Shown one piece after another: positions 58,179 to 64,000 of a stretch of DNA of 64,000 bases. Position 1 is the first letter of the stretch. The number at the start of each line of letters is the position of its first letter. Source of the DNA: the human T2T-CHM13v2.0 reference genome, Homo sapiens; contig CP086569.2 of the NCBI GenBank assembly GCA_009914755.4, forward strand, positions 8,128,001 through 8,192,000, given 5' to 3'. The position numbers and the translations under genes are program-made. The notes beneath the pieces are model-generated. The model had not been told where the DNA came from and did not search any database. It saw only the letters and a program-made list of their open reading frames with translations.

Positions 58179-61100
58179 ACCTGTAAGTGGAGTCCGCCTA
58201 AAGGAATGTGGCTAACGCACTTCAGCACTTATTTTTTGTCTTCCAACCTTGTGTGGGGAGCCTGTGTGTGTTCCTCTGCTTCTGTTGTGGGTCTATGTGT
58301 TCTATATTTTTCTGTGTATCATGAATCCACAGTGAATTAGGAGGTGTGCTGAAACCCACAAGTGTCCAAATCACCTCTTGGTTAAAAAAAAAAAAAGTCA
58401 CTCTTCTAGAAAGAAGAAAAGCACACCACACCAAAAAACAAACATCCCTGGTGTTTCATTGTCCTGCAGCCAAACCAGAGAGACACTAGCAGTCCTGTCC
58501 ACAGGGCCCCTTGAATTTACCTCGACTTCCGTTCCCAGCTGAGCTGGTGCTTCACTTCATGAGGGATCACACCTGCATTGTCTTGGGATTTCATCCTGGG
58601 ACATAGAGTGTGAGCAGCAGTAAGGTCAGATAGGGGTGAAGATACAATGTAGTGAGAATTGGATGGGTTCCTATAACCTCACCTGCAAAAAAAAAAAAAA
58701 AAAGAAGACAGATTACAGAAGATGCTTCCAACCCCATCCCTGCATTTCCTTAATTGCACAAGCAGTCCACACCATGGCCCAGTGTTTAGGTGGGAGTACT
58801 CAAATGTGCAAGGAATATTTGGAGTGCAAATTGGGGCCATCCTCGCAAACTCCTGATTTGAGGACTTTTATGCCCGGAGCCAAAGGTGAGTGGAATGGAT
58901 TGATGCTGGGTGAGATATGGTCTCCACAGTTACCTCTTCTTTTCCTGACTTCCATGTTCGTGATCGGCCTAGTGTTTCCCACGTCTGGCTCAACAACTTC
59001 CACACTAAATGTTTCCCAGTTCACGGAGAACGACCCTCATGGGAATCCATTATGTGAGTGTTTCCTTCTAAACACTGTCAAGTTTTAAATGACTGGGCAG
59101 CTTTGATGCTTTTAAAGCCATAAATTCCTGTTACAGCCTCCAAAAGGAAACTCTTGTTCTCCCACTTCCATTGGAGGGTGGCATGATTCCTGTAGGATGA
59201 GAAGCACACAGCCATGTCTGGCTTTTGGCTTGTAATCTAGCCTCTGTTTCATTTCATCTACACGGCCTTCTCATTATGGAGGGGCTCTTTTATTGGGCTA
59301 TTGCTGATGGGACTGCCTCTCCCTACAGATTATTTAGCTGCCAGAAATTTCACTGAACAAAAGGTACTTCAAGTAGGCTGGCTGTGCTCCAGATTGTGGT
59401 CATTTTCTCCTTGGAGGGGCTGAGGTTGTTTGCATTGTTGCAGGAGGCTTTTCAGTTTTTTGACAGGAATCATGGAACATTGCTTGGACTCCAGCACAAG
59501 GCGGCTCATTCTCTCAGGCAAACTTTGATTTTTATTTGCTTTTATGGGGACTCCTCAGTGCCACTGAACAGCACTACTAGACACCCTTTTCAGGCTTACC
59601 ATAGCCACAAACAGCCTTTCAGACACTGTCTCTACTTCATCTTCATCCGTGAGAGGCCAGTCTGAGGTGTGAGAACACTGCTCCATGTTGGACTTGCCTT
59701 TGTCAGGATTCTTGTTTTTTTCCAGAGAGCCCCTGCAAGGCCCAGAATGAAGGGAGGCAGTGAGATCAAGAGCCTGACCATCTTTTGCTGACACCTGCAT
59801 CTGAGGACTCAGGTAAAATTCTATTACCCAATGAACCCTCAACAACACACCAGACTATATTCCAATCCCCATGGGACCTGATTCTTGCACGTGGTCTCTT
59901 TCAGGAATAGAGTCAGAAGAGTAGCTTCCTACGACCACCCCAGAATCTCAAAATGCCTCTTCCTCCAGTGGGACCTGAAAATGGAGATCGCCCAAAGGGG
60001 CCCTAAGGTCGATACATTTAGGGTCTCACAGTGGGTTTTTGCAGGCAACCCTTTTCTTGATATCAGGCAGGCTCTGCCTGTTTCATGTTCCTCTGTTTAG
60101 GCAGGCTGACAGCTCTGACAGCCGGACACCCCTGCCTGCCTCATGAATGCGCATGTGCTAGTCTCAGGTCACCTGACCTGACTATGAGCTCTGGCTAGGT
60201 TACAATGAATGTCACCGTTGCCTAGTGACAAGTCTCTGCCACTTGGCAGAGAAGGAGGCCTCCATAGATGTGTGTCAGCCATGGACAGTCACCTGTCTTT
60301 TCTGTGGGATCCAAGGGATTGCCACATGATCCTAGGAGAGGGCATGATCCAGTCTGAAGAAACATCAAGTAGAGCCCCAGGAATGAACCATGAAAATCCT
60401 AAAGCTCCAAAATGATCTGCAGGATTGCTCAGGACTCCCTAGATGTTGTAGGGGTGAGTCTTTTTGAAACTTGCCCCACTGTGATTTTTAGGTACAGCCA
60501 GCCTATATTCCTTGGGGTTGCTCACTCCCATGTGGGGCTTCCTGCAGAATCATGCAGCCTCAGGAACTGTTGGGCTCTGTGTTTCTGTCGGAGTGTTATG
60601 AGTGTTGGATATCTGCGTGTGCATGTATCATTGTGCATTTGTGTGTGTTGTGTGCCTGTAATTAAAGTCTGCTTAAAGGAATGTGGCTAAAATGCTTCAG
60701 TGCTTTTCTTTTCCTTCTATTTATTTTCTTTATCTTTTTCTTTTTCTTTTTTTTTTTTTTGGAGTCTCCCACACTTTGACTCCCAGATGAGTAGGTTCTT
60801 CAAGTCATGAGGGGGAATTCCTCCATCCTCTTGGAATTTCATCCTGGGGCATAGAGTGTGACCAGCAACGTCAGATAGGGGTGAGGACACAATGGTGAGG
60901 GGTGGATGGGATCCTGCAACTTCACCTGCAAAAAAAAAAAAAATGACTACAGATGACCTGAAGATGCTTCCAATTTTATCCTTGCATTACCTTAATTGCA
61001 CAAGCAGTCCTCACCACAGCCCAGTGTTCAGGCGGGAGTGCTCCAAAGTTCAAGGAACATTTGAAGCACAAGTTGGGACCATTTTGGCCAATTCCTGATT

Positions 61101-63545
61101 TGAGGGCTTTCATTCCTGGAACAAAATGTTAGTGGTATGGATTGATGCTGAATGGGATGTGGCCTCCAGAATTACCTCTTCTTTTCCTGACTTCCATGTT
61201 CTTCATCTGCCAAGGGTTTCTCTGGGTCTGGTTCAATGGCTTTTGCACTAAAGGCTTCCCAGTTCATGGAGAATGACCCTCAATGGATCTATTGCATGAG
61301 TGTTTCCTTCTAAACACTGTTACATTTAAATAACTGGGCAGCTTTGATACATTTAAAACTGTAAATTGTGGTACAGCCACCAAGAAACACTTGTTCTCCC
61401 ACTTCTATTGGAGGGCTGCATGATTCCTGTAGGATGAGAAGCAGGCATAGGTGTCTGGCCTTTGTCTTGTGTTCTAGCCTCTGTTTCATTTCATCTACAT
61501 GGCCTTCTCTTTGTGTTGGGGCTTATTCATTGGCCTGTTGCTGGATATGACTGCCTTTCATCACAGATTACTTTGCTGCCAGGGATTTCAAAGATCAAAA
61601 GGGACTTTTGTTTGGCTGGCTGAGCTCCAGGATTCAGGTTGTTTTCTCATTCTGGGGACAGAGATTTTTGGCACTTTGCAGAAGGCTTTTGGCTCCTCTG
61701 ACAAGAATCATTGAGCGTTGCTTAGACTCAAGCACAAGGCAACTCATTCTCTCAGGTGAGCCTTGATTTCCTTTGCTTTCATTGGGAGTCCACAGTGACC
61801 CTCAACAGAACTAACGGACTTGCTTTTCAGGCTTGCCATTGCCACAGATGACCTCTGAGACACTGTTTCAATCTCATCTGCACTCATGAGAGGTCAGTCC
61901 ATGGTGTGAGAACACTGTTCCATCTCTGACTTGCTTTTTTCAGGGTTTCTGTCTTTCCAAGAGAGCTCCTGTGAGGCCCAGGATGAAGGGAGGCAATGAG
62001 GTCTAGAGCCCAGCCATCTTTCACTGACCCCCACCCCTAGGGTGTCAGGTATGATTCTATCACCAAAGGAACCCTCAACAACAAACCAATTATATTCCAA
62101 TTTTCATGGGACTCCATTCTGCAACACAGTGTCTTTTAGGAATAAAGTCAGAAGAGCAGTTTCTACAGACCACCTCACAGTATTGAAACATCTACTCCAG
62201 GGGGACCTGGCCATGGAGATAGCTGAAGGGTCCCTGGTCTTCCAGTGGGTTTTTGCAGGCAGCCTTTTTCCTGATACCAGGCTGGCTCTACCTATATACC
62301 ATTTTCCTCTGCTTAGGCAAGTTGACAGCTCTGACAGCCAGGCACCCAAGACTGCCTCATGAATGCACATCACTGAGGCTCAGGGCACCTGACCTATTTA
62401 TGAGCTTTGGCTATCTTCACAATGAATGTCACCATTGCCTTACAACAATTCCTTGCATCTTGGCAGAGGAGACTTCTGTGGGGGTTCATCAGCACTGGAT
62501 TCTCACCTACCTTTTTTGTGGGATCCATGGGACAGTCCCCATGGACCTGGGGAAGGGCAGAAGTGAGGCAGCCTGAGAAAACACCAAGCAGAGCCCCAGA
62601 AATAAACTGCAAAATTCCTAAGGACGCAAAAGGATCTACAAGATTCCTCAGTCCTACCTAGCCATTGTAGGGGTGTGTCTTTTTGAATCTTGCCCCACTG
62701 TGGTTTTAGGTAGAGCTTGCCTGTGTTCTCTGGGGTTGCTCTCTCCCAGATGTGGCTTCCTATAGAGCCACGCAGCCTCAGGAGCTGCTGGGCTGTGTGT
62801 TTCTGTGGGAGTGTTGTGGGTGTTGTATGTCTGCGTGTGTGTGTGTTACATTGTGTGTTTCTGTGTGTGTATGCCTGTAAGTGGAGTCTGCTCAAAGGAG
62901 TGTAGCTAACACACTTCTGTGCTTCTTCTCTCTTTTTTTTTTAATCTCCTAAACTTTTGCTGGCCTGTGTGGCTGTGCTTGGACTGTGGGGCTCCATATT
63001 TTTGTTTGTTTGTTTGTTTGTTTTGTTTTGTTTTGTTTTGTTTTCCTGTGGAGCATGAATCCGCAGTGAATTGGGAATGGGGCTGAGACCCTCCATCATC
63101 CAAATCACCTCTCCCTGCAAAAAAAAAAAAAAAAAAAAAAAAAAAAGAAAACTGTCTTCTAGAAAGAAGAGTAGCATACTACACCAAAAAACAAACATCT
63201 TCCAGTGTTTCATTGTCTTGTGGCCAACCCAGGGAGAGACACTAGCAGTCCTGTCTTCAGGGCTCCTTGAATTTACCTCAAATTCTGTTCCCAGTTGACT
63301 AGGTGCTTCACATCATGAAGGGGCACTTCTCCATTGTCTTGGGATTTCATCCTGGGACATAGAGAGTGAGCAGCAATAAGGTCAGGTAGGGTTGAGGATA
63401 CAATCTGGTAAGGGGTGTATGCAGTCCCATAACTTCACCTGCAAAAGACATACAGACAGAATGACACAGAAACTGCTTCTAACTCTGTCCCACATTCCCT
63501 TAATTTCACAAGCAGTCCACACCATGGCCCAGTTTTCAGGTGGTA
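52355..63545 (+). repeat. Macrosatellite / large tandem repeat: ~4.5 units of 2.23-2.54 kb (unit starts ~52361, 54901, 57398, 59875, 62109; final unit truncated at ~63545)
   Basis: The anchor 'g(a/t)cagaagagcagtttc' recurs at 52408, 54947, 57436, 59924 and 62149. The block 'cacctgcaaaaaa…cagtccacaccatggccc…ttcctgacttccatgttc…tttccttctaaacactgtca' recurs at ~53700, 56215, 58680, 60920 and 63440. The '(gt)n-cctgtaagtggagtctg' motif recurs at ~53150, 55670, 58150, 60630 and 62840. Pairwise identity is ~80-88% by eye. Flanking sequence on both sides is non-homologous. Confidence 0.93.
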
Positions 63546-63639
63546 AGGAAGACCACCAAATTATTGTCTCATAACTCAGAAAAATAAATAGAAAGCAAAA
63601 GTGAAAGAAAGGCAGACATGAGACCAATAGTCAGATAGC

Positions 63640-64000
63640 CTGAGGCAGCACCCTAGGCCTGGTAGTTAAAAATCAATCACTGACCTAACCACTTGTATTG
63701 TCTAATAGATTTCAGACATTGTGTGAGGATGCATTGTGAAACTTTCTGTTCTGTTCTCTTCTGTCCTGATTACCGATGCATGCACCCTCAGCCGTGTACC
63801 CCTTGCTTGCTTCAATGATCACAACCCTTTCACATGGACTCCGTAGAGTTGTAAGCCTTTAAAAGGGGAAGTAATCTCTCTACTGGGGAGTTAGGTTTTT
63901 GAGAGGCAAGTCGGCCGACACTTCGTACCAAATAAACCAACTTCCTTCTTTAACCTGGTGTCTGAAGGGTTTTATCTGTGGTTTGTCCTGCTACATTTCT
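63640..64000 (+). mobile_element. LTR-like sequence (polyadenylation signal plus U5-like tail) immediately downstream of the macrosatellite. It runs to the window edge.
   Basis: '…cctttaaaaggggaagtaatctctctactgggg…cgtaccaaataaaccaacttccttctttaacctggtgtctgaaggg' has TATA-like, AATAAA and GT-rich downstream elements in the arrangement typical of retroviral LTRs. The family is not identified. Confidence 0.25.

Noticed and set aside
51600-64000. Interpreting the macrosatellite plus both LTR-like flanks as a single intact provirus
   Set aside because: The two flanks do not resemble each other, as paired LTRs would. The internal repeat shows no gag/pol/env-like ORFs or PBS/PPT signals that I can see. 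The idea is kept only as a low-confidence note that the array abuts LTR-like sequence.

Overview
This window reads as primate (almost certainly human) nuclear DNA from a satellite-rich, gene-poor region. It is not a prokaryotic locus. Three structures dominate, all recognised by eye only.

1. Beta satellite in two blocks, about 1-2270 and about 16570-29250. The ~68-75 bp Sau3A-type monomers lie in inverse orientation to the usual consensus; their reverse complement reads ...CAGAGATATGTCACAAT...AGAGTCACATCACCTAGG.... They are organised in a multi-kb higher-order repeat that mixes canonical monomer runs with blocks of strongly diverged monomers. The two blocks are separated by about 14 kb of non-satellite DNA carrying an antisense L1 ORF2 fragment and several Alus.

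2. Transposon-rich unique DNA at 29.2-51.5 kb. A 5'-truncated L1PA sits directly on the right edge of the beta satellite array. There are at least nine Alus, including a young AluY flanked by a perfect 16-bp target-site duplication. The segment also holds a 415-bp polypyrimidine tract, (CA)n and (GGA)n microsatellites, and a GC-rich non-repetitive stretch at about 41.2-45.7 kb.

3. A macrosatellite at about 52355-63545, which I could not assign to a named family. It has about 4.5 tandem units of 2.23-2.54 kb at roughly 85% identity, flanked on both sides by LTR-like sequence. Each unit carries its own microsatellites, and unit 2 contains an inverted templated insertion.

I could not support any host protein-coding gene. 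The open frames on the ORF track fall in repeats, low-complexity tracts or L1 ORF2 remnants. The only exception is a 193-aa minus-strand ORF in the GC-rich stretch, which I flag for checking at low confidence.

All coordinates are approximate to about ±10 bp. No alignments or database searches were run.
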